Counted from the stretch's first letter, positions 29,171-39,690 are shown. The stretch: 64,000 bases of DNA from a virus (IMGVR_UViG_2519899835_000003), one strand, 5' to 3'. Made by a program: numbers and translations. The notes: generated from the letters alone by a model not told the origin.

Positions 29171-29733
29171 CAGTAAAACCTTTGTCTGCGGACAGGATTG
29201 CGGTATGAGGAGTACGGACTTGTCGCCAGTGTGTCGCGATATGCCCGACGGATACCCTCAGAAAACAGCACAGAGAAATACTGTGCGCGCGACGGGTCTG
29301 ACCATGAAACCCCGGTCTGCATGAACAACCGTTCAAGCGCCCCTGCTGCCACTTCTTCAGACCATGCCCGCAGTTCATCCTGCACCTGACGGCTCCCTGC
29401 TTTCGGAGCAACGGCATAAAGCACACTCACCTCTCCGGGCGAACAGGCAAAATGCATTACCCGCCCCGGGCGGATTTCTACATCATGACCGGCAAAAAGC
29501 TCACGCCCGTCAGCGAGGATACGAATAATATGTACGCACTCTTCATTCTCCGCGTCATATGGCAGCACACAGTCCTCTCCAGCTGACGGTGACAGCGTGG
29601 CTTCACGGCGGCACAACAGGGACTGACGGCAGAATGCCACTGCCGACATGGATAACGCATCCGTCATCATAATGTTCAGCGGACCACTGATATGGCGACG
29701 GACATACGGTAAAAAATCAGTCAGTTCCGCCAT
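29170..29733 (-). CDS. Hypothetical virion protein
   Basis: Probable start MAELTDFL at 29733. Confidence 0.5.
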   Translation of the reverse strand: MAELTDFLPYVRRHISGPLNIMMTDALSMSAVAFCRQSLLCRREATLSPSAGEDCVLPYDAENEECVHIIRILADGRELFAGHDVEIRPGRVMHFACSPGEVSVLYAVAPKAGSRQVQDELRAWSEEVAAGALERLFMQTGVSWSDPSRAQYFSVLFSEGIRRAYRDTLATSPYSSYRNPVRRQRFY

Positions 29734-30178
29734 GCTGTTCAGTCTCCGCAACACGACGGCGAAATGCCTCACGCACACGGATACGGAATGCATCAGCCGT
29801 TTCTTTCGGGTCTTTGTGAATATTCAGCTCTTCTGCCTCACACAACGTTGCCAGCCGTGCGGACGTGAGTTTGCTCAAATCCACATCCTGACCACCAACG
29901 CTAACCACAAAACTGTTCTCCGCTTCTGCAAGAGCAACCTGTTCTCTTTCCTGCGCCTGCTGTGCCTGCCGCAACTGCTCATCCTGTTGTTGCTTTTTCA
30001 GTACGCCATCAAGCTCTTCATGACGAACCCAGACGTCAGAAAAGGCCAGCAACTGCCAAGCAAACGCATTGTCAACATGCACCGGCTCAAGACGCGGGAA
30101 CAGTGTACGACTCCCGGTAAGGGTATCCTTTTTCACGGGTTTGGGGCCGATATAGACAACGGCAATTTTTTCGCTCAT
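29717..30178 (-). CDS. Hypothetical virion protein
   Basis: 153-aa ORF downstream of the capsid gene. Confidence 0.5.
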   Translation of the reverse strand: MSEKIAVVYIGPKPVKKDTLTGSRTLFPRLEPVHVDNAFAWQLLAFSDVWVRHEELDGVLKKQQQDEQLRQAQQAQEREQVALAEAENSFVVSVGGQDVDLSKLTSARLATLCEAEELNIHKDPKETADAFRIRVREAFRRRVAETEQHGGTD

Positions 30179-30228
30179 ATAATTCCCCGGGTAAAAAAGC
30201 CCGCATGACGCGGGCCAGAAGGTTTATA

Positions 30229-30618
30229 TCAGTAACCCACCACGGTATAACGCAGCAGAACATTCAGGGTGCCGGTTGCAGCGGCAGTCTTAATGGTGAC
30301 AGTAACCAGCTCCCCGTCACGCAGTGTGGTGTACGGCTCCACGGGCACATATCTGGCAAATTTTGCAGAAACAGCTTCGCTGTTATCGATGAGAACATGC
30401 TCACCGGACTTAATGCTGACGGTTGCAGTACCCAGACCGCCCGTTGAAACCAGTTGCAGTGAGTTGATACGGATACCAACTGGCAGTGAAAGAAGATGAA
30501 TAACACTGTCCGCTTCCGCAGCGTTCACTGTAAACACACCTTCTGCCACCGACTCATTACCGTGCGTACCTGAATAAATCCGCTCACTCAGTGATGGAGC
30601 AAGGATAGTCTTTGCCAT
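30229..30618 (-). CDS. Hypothetical head protein (possible decoration protein)
   Basis: 129-aa beta-rich ORF directly after the capsid gene. Confidence 0.45.
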   Translation of the reverse strand: MAKTILAPSLSERIYSGTHGNESVAEGVFTVNAAEADSVIHLLSLPVGIRINSLQLVSTGGLGTATVSIKSGEHVLIDNSEAVSAKFARYVPVEPYTTLRDGELVTVTIKTAAATGTLNVLLRYTVVGY

Positions 30619-30672
30619 AATTAATGACTCCTGAAAAAGCCGGGCGATAACCCGGCATGGGGAAAGGAAAAA

Positions 30673-31887
30673 TCACAGCTTCACTGCGGTATCAATGGCA
30701 ATCACGCCGTGATCCTGCATCTTGCCGCTCTTCTCGGGGAAACGGATTTTTTTCAGACCGTTGATCCAGCTGATTGCTATCTCAGTACGGTTATCCATAT
30801 CCGTTTTCTTCTCAACCATGTTGAAGTGACCGCCGCCCTTCTGACCGTACGCATTCGCCAGCGCCTGAGCCCCCAGCAGCATGGCACGGTCGATGTTGGT
30901 TGCAGCAGCCTTTTCTGCCATCGTTGCCGTAAGGTCATTGTTCGACACCATAACCTTTGACCCCTGATAGAAACGGATCGGCATCCCCGCATACTTACGG
31001 ACCAGAATATTGCGCCACATCGCACATTCGCCTTTGAACAGCGGATGGTTAAAACCTTTTGAGCGGTTTACGGCACGCGTCATCATCTGGTTCCAGTCCT
31101 TGCCGGACGTGGAGGTGTACCAGTCATTCCACTGACGCGGCGTGACGTAGAGGACGTAATACGGATCTTCGCCATACAATTCATCACCGGACAGGCGTAC
31201 CGGTTGTAACGGATGAGCCATCTCGTCAATAAACAACGAGAGATTATCGACCAGCGCAAGGGTGAACAGGTCAGACTGGTCAATACTCTCAAAACTCGTC
31301 GCATCCCCACCGAAAAAATGACGATCATGCGTCGGCGGCAGTACGTCGTTGATCATGATTTTTTTGAATTCAGGGTGATCTGCCGTTGGCAGAATGGTGT
31401 CATCAGCAACAAAATCACCGCGGGCACCGGCAAGATGCACTATCGCACACTGGTCTTGCAGGTCGTTAAAGTACGTACCCAGCAGCGTTCTGGCAGAGGA
31501 TGCCAGGTTGAACTTCGTACGCTGCTGGCTCATACGTCCGCCCGCATCCACCAGGTGACGGCCCTGATTAATTTTCAGGGAAAAATCAGCATGGCTGAGG
31601 TCTTCACCACGGCCTTCAACGCGCTCATCCCCCATCGTCGGACGTTTAGAGAGTTTGTGCATGATGCTGAACGTCACTTCATCACCGGCCTGTTTGTTGA
31701 GGTCCGTGATTCGCACAACCGGTGCACCTGCACTGGTCTGCTTCGTGCTTTTCTTGTCAGGCGAAACTGCTTTTGGTGCATCCTGCTGTTCAGTGAGAAT
31801 ATTCACCATCGAGCGGTTTCGGTTGGCAGCCGTGAAAAGCGCCACCTGATACAGCTTATTCGCCTGGGCTGTTGTTACTGTGGTCAT
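30673..31887 (-). CDS. Major capsid protein
   Basis: 404-aa ORF after the scaffold gene in portal-scaffold-capsid order. Confidence 0.7.
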   Translation of the reverse strand: MTTVTTAQANKLYQVALFTAANRNRSMVNILTEQQDAPKAVSPDKKSTKQTSAGAPVVRITDLNKQAGDEVTFSIMHKLSKRPTMGDERVEGRGEDLSHADFSLKINQGRHLVDAGGRMSQQRTKFNLASSARTLLGTYFNDLQDQCAIVHLAGARGDFVADDTILPTADHPEFKKIMINDVLPPTHDRHFFGGDATSFESIDQSDLFTLALVDNLSLFIDEMAHPLQPVRLSGDELYGEDPYYVLYVTPRQWNDWYTSTSGKDWNQMMTRAVNRSKGFNHPLFKGECAMWRNILVRKYAGMPIRFYQGSKVMVSNNDLTATMAEKAAATNIDRAMLLGAQALANAYGQKGGGHFNMVEKKTDMDNRTEIAISWINGLKKIRFPEKSGKMQDHGVIAIDTAVKL

Positions 31888-31909
31888 TACGTCAGTACTC
31901 CTTCAGTGG

Positions 31910-32917
31910 TTACCCGAGTTTTTCCAGAATCGCGTCAATTTCAGCGTCCGTCATGCCTCGCATGGCTGCTTCAATTTCGGTATGGGAAGCACCAAGTAAC
32001 CGTTCAAAATTATCACCGGTTCCGACGGAAGCCGTGTTGCCAAGCTCTGACGGGGAAGCAGGCACTGCCATCTCCCGTTCAGCGGCTTTCACTTTTTCTT
32101 CTGCCGTTTTCCGGATATCCGTGTTGTCTGCCTTGTCATCAGAAGGCGGCTCACTGGCTTCACCGAAAGCGAGCTGCGTACGGCGGGCCACTTCGGCGAA
32201 ACGTTCAGTGAGCGGTTTGTCTTTCCATACGGGGTCATTCTGGAGCTTCCCGTCGATGGATACGGCAACCGAGAAGCGATCCGGATCGGAGTTCTGCCAC
32301 GTTTTCAGCACCGGCACGTCATTCATTGCATCAAGAACCGGTGATAAATCCTCACCACCATGACCTTCTGCCTGCTGTGCTGATTGCTGAACACGGGACT
32401 GGAGATAGTTATTTTTACGGATAAGCGAAGCCACCGCGTCACCAATTTCCGGATACATCTCCCTGATACGGGCAATCTTCTCATCAGAGATTTTTTCGTT
32501 TTCCGGTAACGGTGCGGGTTTCATACCGGCCTGGTGAATCTGAGACGTCAGCAGTTCAACCAGGCGTTTTTCTTCGGCTATCTGTCCCCGAAGAAGTGCG
32601 GCTTCCTGTTCGGCCCGCTGCTTACCGGAACGTTCAGCCTCAAGGACTTCATAGGGAATGACGTGTTTACCATCGCGGGTGAGCACACCCTTCGCCTCCG
32701 GCTCCTTCACGTCCTGCGTCTGCTCAGCACTGGCATCCGGCGTCGGTGCCGCAGTGTTATCGCCCGTCTGTGTCTGTGCTGCCTCATCCGCATGATTTTC
32801 TGTGGCGGCCTCTGTCACGCCGTCCTGTTCGTGACCGTCAATATCCACATCCCCAAGTCCTTCCAGCATTTTTTCCAGTTGTTCCGGGGTTTCTTCACCC
32901 GTAAATTCAAAATCCAT
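31910..32917 (-). CDS. Scaffolding protein
   Basis: 335-aa acidic, helical ORF between portal and capsid genes. Confidence 0.6.
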   Translation of the reverse strand: MDFEFTGEETPEQLEKMLEGLGDVDIDGHEQDGVTEAATENHADEAAQTQTGDNTAAPTPDASAEQTQDVKEPEAKGVLTRDGKHVIPYEVLEAERSGKQRAEQEAALLRGQIAEEKRLVELLTSQIHQAGMKPAPLPENEKISDEKIARIREMYPEIGDAVASLIRKNNYLQSRVQQSAQQAEGHGGEDLSPVLDAMNDVPVLKTWQNSDPDRFSVAVSIDGKLQNDPVWKDKPLTERFAEVARRTQLAFGEASEPPSDDKADNTDIRKTAEEKVKAAEREMAVPASPSELGNTASVGTGDNFERLLGASHTEIEAAMRGMTDAEIDAILEKLG

Positions 32918-33074
32918 AAATAACTCCGCATGGTCTGTTTATCGGACAGATCCGAATGGTTGAGTAAATAAGGCTTATCGCTGCCCCCGCGAATAAGCGC
33001 ACCGCTCCCGGAACGCTTACCTCCGGAAACAAAAAACCCCGTACGATGACGGGGTTCCGTTAAGTTCAGGATAT

Positions 33075-35219
33075 TCATAGCGGCAATTCATGCATCCGCT
33101 GTTGTAGTGTATGTAGCATCTGTTGCTGAAGAGCTTCCTGCTCCTGTTCCATATTCTGTATGCCGGTAATGATTTCTGCCGTATGCGCCTGGTTGAGCGC
33201 ATCCACATAACGCTGTCCCTGTGCCGCGGCGACATCCCGTTGTGCGCCAGCATTATCCCGTTGCGCAGCTGCCTGTGCCCTGGCAGCTTCTGCTTCCAGT
33301 TTAGCCACCCGGCCTGCCATTTCGCGCATCTGCAGTTCTTCCTGTTGTTGCTGCTGGGCCTGTTGCTGCTGAGCGGCCTGCTGCTCTTCCGGGGTCATCT
33401 CATCCGGTGATTTTGGTGTCCCCAGCGCCGCACGAATACGTTCGACAAATTCCTGTTTCTGCGGCACATCCAGAAGGTTAACCCACAGGTCGAGCACGAC
33501 GGCCTGCACCTGAGGTGGCAGCCCCTGAATAACCTCTGACATTCGCTGTGCAAGCTGTGCCTTAAACGCCGGTGTCTGCTGAACAGGAGCCAGCGCAATA
33601 TGTGTATTTAACCTTGAAATATCATTGGTCAGTTCACCATTATCACCTTCAGCATTGAGAACAATGGTCTGGCGACGCTGGCGATCATCACGATTAATCA
33701 CCACCGCATGATTACGCCGCTTTTTCAGGCCATCGAGAAGATAAGCGAGCAACAGCCTTCCCACCTGCTGGCAGGCAAACTGGTAGTTATCGTTGATTTC
33801 GGCAAGGGTTGTGGCTCCCTGCTCCACCAGGTTGCTGATCGCCACGCCGGACGATGCATTTGAATCCTGCCCGAGAAATGCGGAATAAACCCCCATCGTG
33901 TCCTGGATAAGTTTTTCCGACTCCTGCATGACCTGAAACTGCTGGCTGGCAACCTGAAAATCCTGTTCAACCCGGAAAACATCAGCAACGCTTTTCTGAT
34001 TTTTTCGGGCCGGATTCAGTTTAATAATGCCATCCGGACGCTCGATCTGCTCCATCAGCTCGTTGTCTGACAACTGGGTGGCATCCTCGTCCATAATCAC
34101 GCGTTTGGCCTGAAGCAACCACGTCAGTTTTATACGACGAAAATTCACCTCATCCTGTGCCGGAATGGCCCGGGAAATCAGCCCGTAAGGCTCCCCGGTT
34201 TTATCCTTCCGGTATCCCCAGAAGGGAACCAGCGGGAACATCCCCTGCGGCGCACTGCAGGGGCGATCCACAATAAAGTGCGGTCCCACAAACCAGGCTT
34301 CACGAATACGACTTACCCGCCCGACTCTCACCTGCACCCGCCCGGATGCCACAGCCACCGCATGCATCAGATTATTTTTATCAAAGGCCACCACCCGTCC
34401 ATTACTGAGTTCAATCACCGGAAGACGCTCGAATGTACGGTAATAAACCACCTGAAGCAGCACACGACGGCGTTCACGCTGAAGCCATTCGTTCTCCTTA
34501 CGATCCCATGACTGATACTCTTCCCATGCACTCATCAACGGACTGGGCTGGCCTTCAGTAACCGTGGTATCGACAAAACCACGCCAGTCATCAATGGCAT
34601 AATCGATAACCTGAGCCATTCCCGGGAATGTGGCTTTTGCCTCATCGGTATCCATCCAGCGGCGGCGCATCAGCCAGCGGCAGTCACTTAAATCAGCTTC
34701 CCGGCTGAGCCAGTCCCAGAACACTTCATTCCGGCTGACAGTAGACACCTTAAACTCAGGCCCGAACGGATCGCTGTTCCGTCTGACCTCCACCCAGCTG
34801 AGCCCCGCCTTGATTTGTTCCGCATAGGCATCAGAGCGGGCTTTATTCATATTGCCAAGGCGGCATGCATCGGCAAATTCAGCATTAATAGCTTCAGCCA
34901 GTTTTTCAGTTTCATCATCTGGCTCGTCTGACATCACCACCAGATCAGTCCGTGTTTTGGCCTCCATTCCCAGAACACCATCAACGGTAGGCGCGATGAG
35001 GTTATGGATAGTCATCGGCTGACCGCGATCTTTCAGTACCTGAAGAACTTCTGGTGGCAACTGGTCACCATCGTAATACGCACAGGCCTTGTTTGCGGCA
35101 TCGCGCCATTTAGGCTGACTGTCAATATCAGAACAAAGCGCCTGTAACTGGCGCTGAGAAAAACGCGGCGTGGCTCCGTTGTCGTTTTTCGTCGCCATGG
35201 TATTAGTTTCATTTTTCAT
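33075..35219 (-). CDS. Portal protein
   Basis: 714-aa ORF directly after the large terminase gene; Q-rich helical C-terminus. Confidence 0.8.
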   Translation of the reverse strand: MKNETNTMATKNDNGATPRFSQRQLQALCSDIDSQPKWRDAANKACAYYDGDQLPPEVLQVLKDRGQPMTIHNLIAPTVDGVLGMEAKTRTDLVVMSDEPDDETEKLAEAINAEFADACRLGNMNKARSDAYAEQIKAGLSWVEVRRNSDPFGPEFKVSTVSRNEVFWDWLSREADLSDCRWLMRRRWMDTDEAKATFPGMAQVIDYAIDDWRGFVDTTVTEGQPSPLMSAWEEYQSWDRKENEWLQRERRRVLLQVVYYRTFERLPVIELSNGRVVAFDKNNLMHAVAVASGRVQVRVGRVSRIREAWFVGPHFIVDRPCSAPQGMFPLVPFWGYRKDKTGEPYGLISRAIPAQDEVNFRRIKLTWLLQAKRVIMDEDATQLSDNELMEQIERPDGIIKLNPARKNQKSVADVFRVEQDFQVASQQFQVMQESEKLIQDTMGVYSAFLGQDSNASSGVAISNLVEQGATTLAEINDNYQFACQQVGRLLLAYLLDGLKKRRNHAVVINRDDRQRRQTIVLNAEGDNGELTNDISRLNTHIALAPVQQTPAFKAQLAQRMSEVIQGLPPQVQAVVLDLWVNLLDVPQKQEFVERIRAALGTPKSPDEMTPEEQQAAQQQQAQQQQQEELQMREMAGRVAKLEAEAARAQAAAQRDNAGAQRDVAAAQGQRYVDALNQAHTAEIITGIQNMEQEQEALQQQMLHTLQQRMHELPL

Positions 35220-36925
35220 CAGTGAGCCATCCAGTGTGTGGTTCTGCGTTTATCCGTTTTCTGTCTTACCCTCACCGGCATTCTGGCGCGCATCTCCTGG
35301 GCAATCATGTAGCTCATAAGCTGATCATCAAAACAGCCTTCCTGTGCATTCATGGAGCCTTTCGCGTCATAAACGTAGGTGTTCATTTCTGATAATGTGC
35401 CCGTCCAGCGGATCCCCGACAGGCCGTTATTCAGCAGCGTTTTCATTCCCTCAGTCAGGACCGGTTTACTCTGGCGGGTTGTCAGCCAGCCAAGACGGGG
35501 CGTATCGTCGTCATATGCCTGGTCAAGGTGCTGTTCGTTGTAGATATAACGCGTCGGATAGAGTTCCCGGAGTTTCAGGATAACGGCATGTCCGTGATTG
35601 TTACGCTCCGGCCCCACAAACGCGTTGTTGTACATACGGCAGACCTGCGCAATGAGATGAGCGAAAAGCTCCGCATCGAGATGACCAAACCAGTGGGCTA
35701 CCTGCTCACCATTACTACATCTGATGATATCCAGCGATGAGCGGTCTCCGTGCTCCAGCCCCTCAGCGGTATCCGCTCCGCATACATACTCTTCATCCGG
35801 ATCCGGTAGCTCCCAGACCAGCAGATAATTCATCAGCGTCCGGTGCTGTTCGGCTTTATTCCCGTCACGCAGAGACTGCGCTTTGGTCTTCGTTCCTGTA
35901 ACCGGTTCAATGTCATAAACAATCAGCGGTGGCGAACAGAATGACTCTGCCTGCAGCGTGCTTTCCGCACTGAACACCCGTCGTCCGGACGTCAGAAACG
36001 CCTCCTGTGGTGTTGAGGGAAACTCCTGCTTCATTTCCTCACGCTGTTCAGTTTCCTTGCAGATGTACCAGTGTTTCTGCTCATCGGTAAGCGTGATGTT
36101 CATTGCTTTTTCAACCGCAGAAAAATACGCTGTTTTTTCCCGTGACAGCTTAAGTCCGCTTTCCGGCACTCTGGCGCTGTATTTGAGATCCTGCCACCAG
36201 GCGTAAAAATGGAATTTATAATCCTGTGGCGTCAGCGCCAGCCCTGATGCAGTGATTTCCTGTGCCCGGTTACTCATCTCGTAAAAATCGCCACCCACAC
36301 CTTCAGCAGTGGATTCATCAAAAATAATGCACTCATCAGAGACGGCATTAAGTGTACCGGTTCGCAGCTCTTTCGCCTTAGCCGGATATTTTGCGCAAAT
36401 TTTGCCGTGCTCTGAGATATGCAGGCGCTGCACCGTACCTGAACGGAATGAGGTTGCCACCTGGATACTCGAGCCGTGCCCAAACAGGATATAGCCACCG
36501 CTGGCTCCGCTACGACGTTCAACGATGGTGAATGAGGCTCTCAGCCAGTCAGGAAGATGATCAAACGGTACAGCAATTTTGGTGCGGAAAATTTCACTGG
36601 CAGCCTGTTTATCCTGAGCGACAATCCCGCATTTGAGATGCGGTATGAATAATGCCTGGTCGAGAAGATAAATATCAATGGCCGTGGAAAACCCCAGCTG
36701 GCGTGCTTTCAGGATAATATTTTTATTGTGCATGCTCCGGAACAACTGGCGCTGCGCCGGTCGCATTCTGAAGGTGACCAGCTCACCTTTTTCGTTCTGT
36801 ATCTTGTAGAGATGATTGAGCCGCCACCAGGGATTGCTCAGTTTAGTCATGATGAACAGACGTTGTTCGGCCTCTGTCATTTCTGACGGTTCATCACATC
36901 GCGGTTCATTCTTCCGGAATGTCAT
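35219..36925 (-). CDS. Terminase large subunit
   Basis: 568-aa ORF following the small terminase subunit gene; overall impression of a terminase ATPase-nuclease. Confidence 0.85.
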   Translation of the reverse strand: MTFRKNEPRCDEPSEMTEAEQRLFIMTKLSNPWWRLNHLYKIQNEKGELVTFRMRPAQRQLFRSMHNKNIILKARQLGFSTAIDIYLLDQALFIPHLKCGIVAQDKQAASEIFRTKIAVPFDHLPDWLRASFTIVERRSGASGGYILFGHGSSIQVATSFRSGTVQRLHISEHGKICAKYPAKAKELRTGTLNAVSDECIIFDESTAEGVGGDFYEMSNRAQEITASGLALTPQDYKFHFYAWWQDLKYSARVPESGLKLSREKTAYFSAVEKAMNITLTDEQKHWYICKETEQREEMKQEFPSTPQEAFLTSGRRVFSAESTLQAESFCSPPLIVYDIEPVTGTKTKAQSLRDGNKAEQHRTLMNYLLVWELPDPDEEYVCGADTAEGLEHGDRSSLDIIRCSNGEQVAHWFGHLDAELFAHLIAQVCRMYNNAFVGPERNNHGHAVILKLRELYPTRYIYNEQHLDQAYDDDTPRLGWLTTRQSKPVLTEGMKTLLNNGLSGIRWTGTLSEMNTYVYDAKGSMNAQEGCFDDQLMSYMIAQEMRARMPVRVRQKTDKRRTTHWMAH

Positions 36926-37721
36926 CCAGTCTCCCCGAATTACTCATTTCATGCAGCGATGACACGATGTCACTGACAGGCGTAACAACGCCCCGACGCT
37001 GGCTGGTCAGAATATCGGTTTCCGCTCTGAGTTTATCTCTGGCAGCGTTGGTTCTTTCCCGGTCAGCACGAAGTTTTGGTGCTGTTTCAGCCAGAACGTC
37101 CAGCGTCAGCAATGAGCGTTCAATTGACTCGATACGGGCAATATTCCGGTCAAGAGCCTGTTCAGCTTTGAGTATTTTGTCGTACAGAGCAACGCGGGTT
37201 TCCACGTCAGCCGCCTCTTTCAGGTCGGCGAACATTTTTTTCAGTGTTCCTGTTACTGAAAGTGCGCGGGCCCGGGTAAACACCAGTTCATCGGCAAGTT
37301 CCATTCCGACTGCATCATCTATGAGGTTATCTGCCTCGAGATACTTCGCGTATCCACGGTGTCTGACGGCGTGGGTGTTACGCTGAGAAAAAGCATTTGA
37401 AGGTGGCAAAAGTCTGGAACCACGAGTCCGTTTCGTTTCTGCCAAATTTGCGCATTTTTCATCACAACCATCATCGCCTGAAGGCTCGTCATGACTGGAG
37501 TTGCCGTCAGATTTCTGCGCACTTTTTTGATCATCAATTTGCGCATTTTTCTGCGCACTTTTCTCTGTATTTCTGGGGGAGTGTTTGCGCAGTTTAATGT
37601 ACCGCCGAGCCGTGTCATAACTGATATTGTTCTGACGGCACCAGTCCTGAAGCTTTATGCCGGTTTTGACATGTTCGCGTCGAAATGCCTGCTCCAGCTT
37701 TTTCCAGTCCAGCTTTGCCAT
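36906..37721 (-). CDS. Terminase small subunit
   Basis: 271 aa, N-terminal HTH-like region (NNISYDTARRYIKL); first gene of the late structural block. Confidence 0.7.
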   Translation of the reverse strand: MAKLDWKKLEQAFRREHVKTGIKLQDWCRQNNISYDTARRYIKLRKHSPRNTEKSAQKNAQIDDQKSAQKSDGNSSHDEPSGDDGCDEKCANLAETKRTRGSRLLPPSNAFSQRNTHAVRHRGYAKYLEADNLIDDAVGMELADELVFTRARALSVTGTLKKMFADLKEAADVETRVALYDKILKAEQALDRNIARIESIERSLLTLDVLAETAPKLRADRERTNAARDKLRAETDILTSQRRGVVTPVSDIVSSLHEMSNSGRLDDIPEE

Positions 37722-38323
37722 GTCACCTTCTGACGTTCTCTGTTAAAAACTGATGCACAATGACTGCTGTAAATTTTCAGATTTCACACAGCAGAGCCAT
37801 GTCTGATTAATGTTTAACCTTATTTAGGTTATATCCGCTTCATTCCACTACAGCACCAGATAGGCTGCCTCGCGGATAAATGCCAAAGTCTCCTGATATA
37901 GAAACCCGTCGCCACATCGAGCGCTGATCAACATTTGTATATTCACTGCGACAGAAAGAATTTATTTTATTGAATAGTTAGAAATACAGAATTGCATGCT
38001 TTATAAGCATTGACGCACACTTCATTTTTAGCAATATATTCTGTTCTCATAGACGATCAGCCCTGCATGCACTGCCGGACACCGTCGGCAATTTTACAGA
38101 CCTAAGAGGCAATACCAAAAAGCTAACGCGCTTTATCAAGACTTGAGCAACCAACCAATAAAAAAAGCACCAGTACCGCTACCAATGCCCATTTCGTCGT
38201 TGTTCACAGCATTCTGTGTACCCACTGTATTTCGCGTCATATCACCACGTCAGACAATCCTTAAGGATTACATAAGATTTACGCATAATAATGCCCATTT
38301 TCAACACAGACAAGGGAATTTAT

Positions 38324-38905
38324 ATGTTAAATCAAACGCTAACAAAATCTCTTCTTATATTTTTACTTGTCATAATCGTTTCTGTATCCATCATATACAT
38401 TGTAAGAACTCCAGTCAGACTTGATGTGAACGATGTCACTGAGATTAACCAGAAACATCCCATTATTTTTCTCATCCGGCATGGGGAAAGATGCGATCGC
38501 TCCCAAAGAATATGTCTTTCAGCACATGAGGGAATCACAGTAAACGGAGCTAACAAAGCTCAACAATATGGAGATAAATTCAGAAGAATGTTTCCATACT
38601 ACAGTCTCTATTCTACAGACACACTCCGAACAATGCAGACAGCCACTTTTTTTTCGGGAGGTAAGACAGCAACTATTCCGGACATATCGACATGTGATGA
38701 TAACGCAGTAAATAATATCCTTAAAATATCAAAATCAGATCATGTTACTGTGATTTTCACACATAATCACTGTCTGTCCAGAATTGCAAAAAAAATGAAT
38801 GGATGGAGATTTAAACCTGATTATATGGGCACACTGGTTCTGCATCGGGAAAATCACAATCTGATTCTCGACGGACATTTAAAACCAAACGAGCTTACCC
38901 AGTGA
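38324..38905 (+). CDS. Histidine phosphatase similar to Ais/PmrG (LPS core heptose(II)-phosphate phosphatase)
   Basis: Signal-anchor then LIRHGERCDRSQRICLS...VIFTHNHCL...FKPDY, matching recalled Ais; AT-rich; opposite strand to late genes. Confidence 0.8.
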   Translation: MLNQTLTKSLLIFLLVIIVSVSIIYIVRTPVRLDVNDVTEINQKHPIIFLIRHGERCDRSQRICLSAHEGITVNGANKAQQYGDKFRRMFPYYSLYSTDTLRTMQTATFFSGGKTATIPDISTCDDNAVNNILKISKSDHVTVIFTHNHCLSRIAKKMNGWRFKPDYMGTLVLHRENHNLILDGHLKPNELTQ

Positions 38906-38985
38906 TCCATTTGTTGATAATGCACTGGCATTGATTCAGGTTATATCTCTCCTCATAAAAAAGGCCAGCGATTGAGCTGGCTCTG

Positions 38986-39444
38986 TTAATCGAGGCATTG
39001 CATCCTGATGTACTCCTGCAGGTAGTTAACCTGCGCGGTTATCTTGTCGATTCCACTTCGGAGACGGTAATAATTGAGTTCAGCATCTGCTGTAAGTCCT
39101 GAGCTTTCTCCATCGCCCATGCCGCTGGCTCCGGTCGTTGACTTTGCACAGGTGGCGGCGACTTGCAGGCGCTTACGCCCAGCAGAAACATCAGCACGGA
39201 GACTTTCAATAGTCGCGTTAGCATCAGCAAGCTCCCTGGTGTATCTGGCATCGAGTGCAGCAACATCACGCTGGCGCTGCTGTATGTCAGCAATGGTGGC
39301 GTTCGCCTGGCTGAGTTTTGTCTTCGCATCATCTCGCTGCTCTTTGTAGGTGATGGCGTTATCACGGTAATGGTCTGTTGCCAGCCACAGCGATCCACAA
39401 CCAAGCAGCAGGACAATAAGCACGCCATACAGCACACGATTCAT
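38986..39444 (-). CDS. Rz: Spanin inner membrane subunit Rz
   Basis: MNRVLYGVL...NHYRDNAITYK...RQRDVAALDA matches lambda Rz. Confidence 0.9.
   Translation of the reverse strand: MNRVLYGVLIVLLLGCGSLWLATDHYRDNAITYKEQRDDAKTKLSQANATIADIQQRQRDVAALDARYTRELADANATIESLRADVSAGRKRLQVAATCAKSTTGASGMGDGESSGLTADAELNYYRLRSGIDKITAQVNYLQEYIRMQCLD
39039..39224 (-). CDS. Rz1: Spanin outer membrane lipoprotein Rz1, embedded in Rz in the +1 frame
   Basis: 61-aa ORF MLTRLLKVSVLMFLLGVSACKSPPPV... with lipobox and proline-rich region. Confidence 0.75.
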   Translation of the reverse strand: MLTRLLKVSVLMFLLGVSACKSPPPVQSQRPEPAAWAMEKAQDLQQMLNSIITVSEVESTR

Positions 39445-39445
39445 A

Positions 39446-39559
39446 TCACCACCAACGGATTGCCCAGACCAGAACAGCAATTGCCACAATACGAATGGCA
39501 AAAGCTGCCGCTCTTGTTAAATCCAGACTTGCTGGCGTCTCCACCTCAATGCCTTTCAT
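39446..39559 (-). CDS. Unannotated 37-aa single-TM peptide between endolysin and Rz
   Basis: MKGIEVETPASLDLTRAAAFAIRIVAIAVLVWAIRWW; stop overlaps the Rz start. Confidence 0.3.
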   Translation of the reverse strand: MKGIEVETPASLDLTRAAAFAIRIVAIAVLVWAIRWW

Positions 39560-39656
39560 AATGGACAACCTCAGAAAGAATCTTTTATACTTCCTCACAG
39601 GGAAAGAACCTCCCTACCCATAATTTCTCCCTTGCCTTATTCAAGGTCAGAAACAC

Positions 39657-39690
39657 AAAACCCCGCTTGCTGCCAACAAACGGGGTTTTT
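39657..39690. terminator. Hairpin with flanking A/T runs between the endolysin and Rz genes
   Basis: ccccg-cttgctgccaacaaa-cgggg flanked by A-run and T-run. Confidence 0.35.

Noticed and set aside
31213-32363. Plus-strand ORFs of 332 and 163 aa antisense to the capsid and scaffold genes
   Set aside because: Antisense to well-supported structural genes, with Cys/Arg-rich translations typical of non-coding frames.
33123-33410. Plus-strand 95-aa ORF inside the portal gene
   Set aside because: Leucine-rich translation is the antisense reading of the Q/A-rich portal C-terminus.
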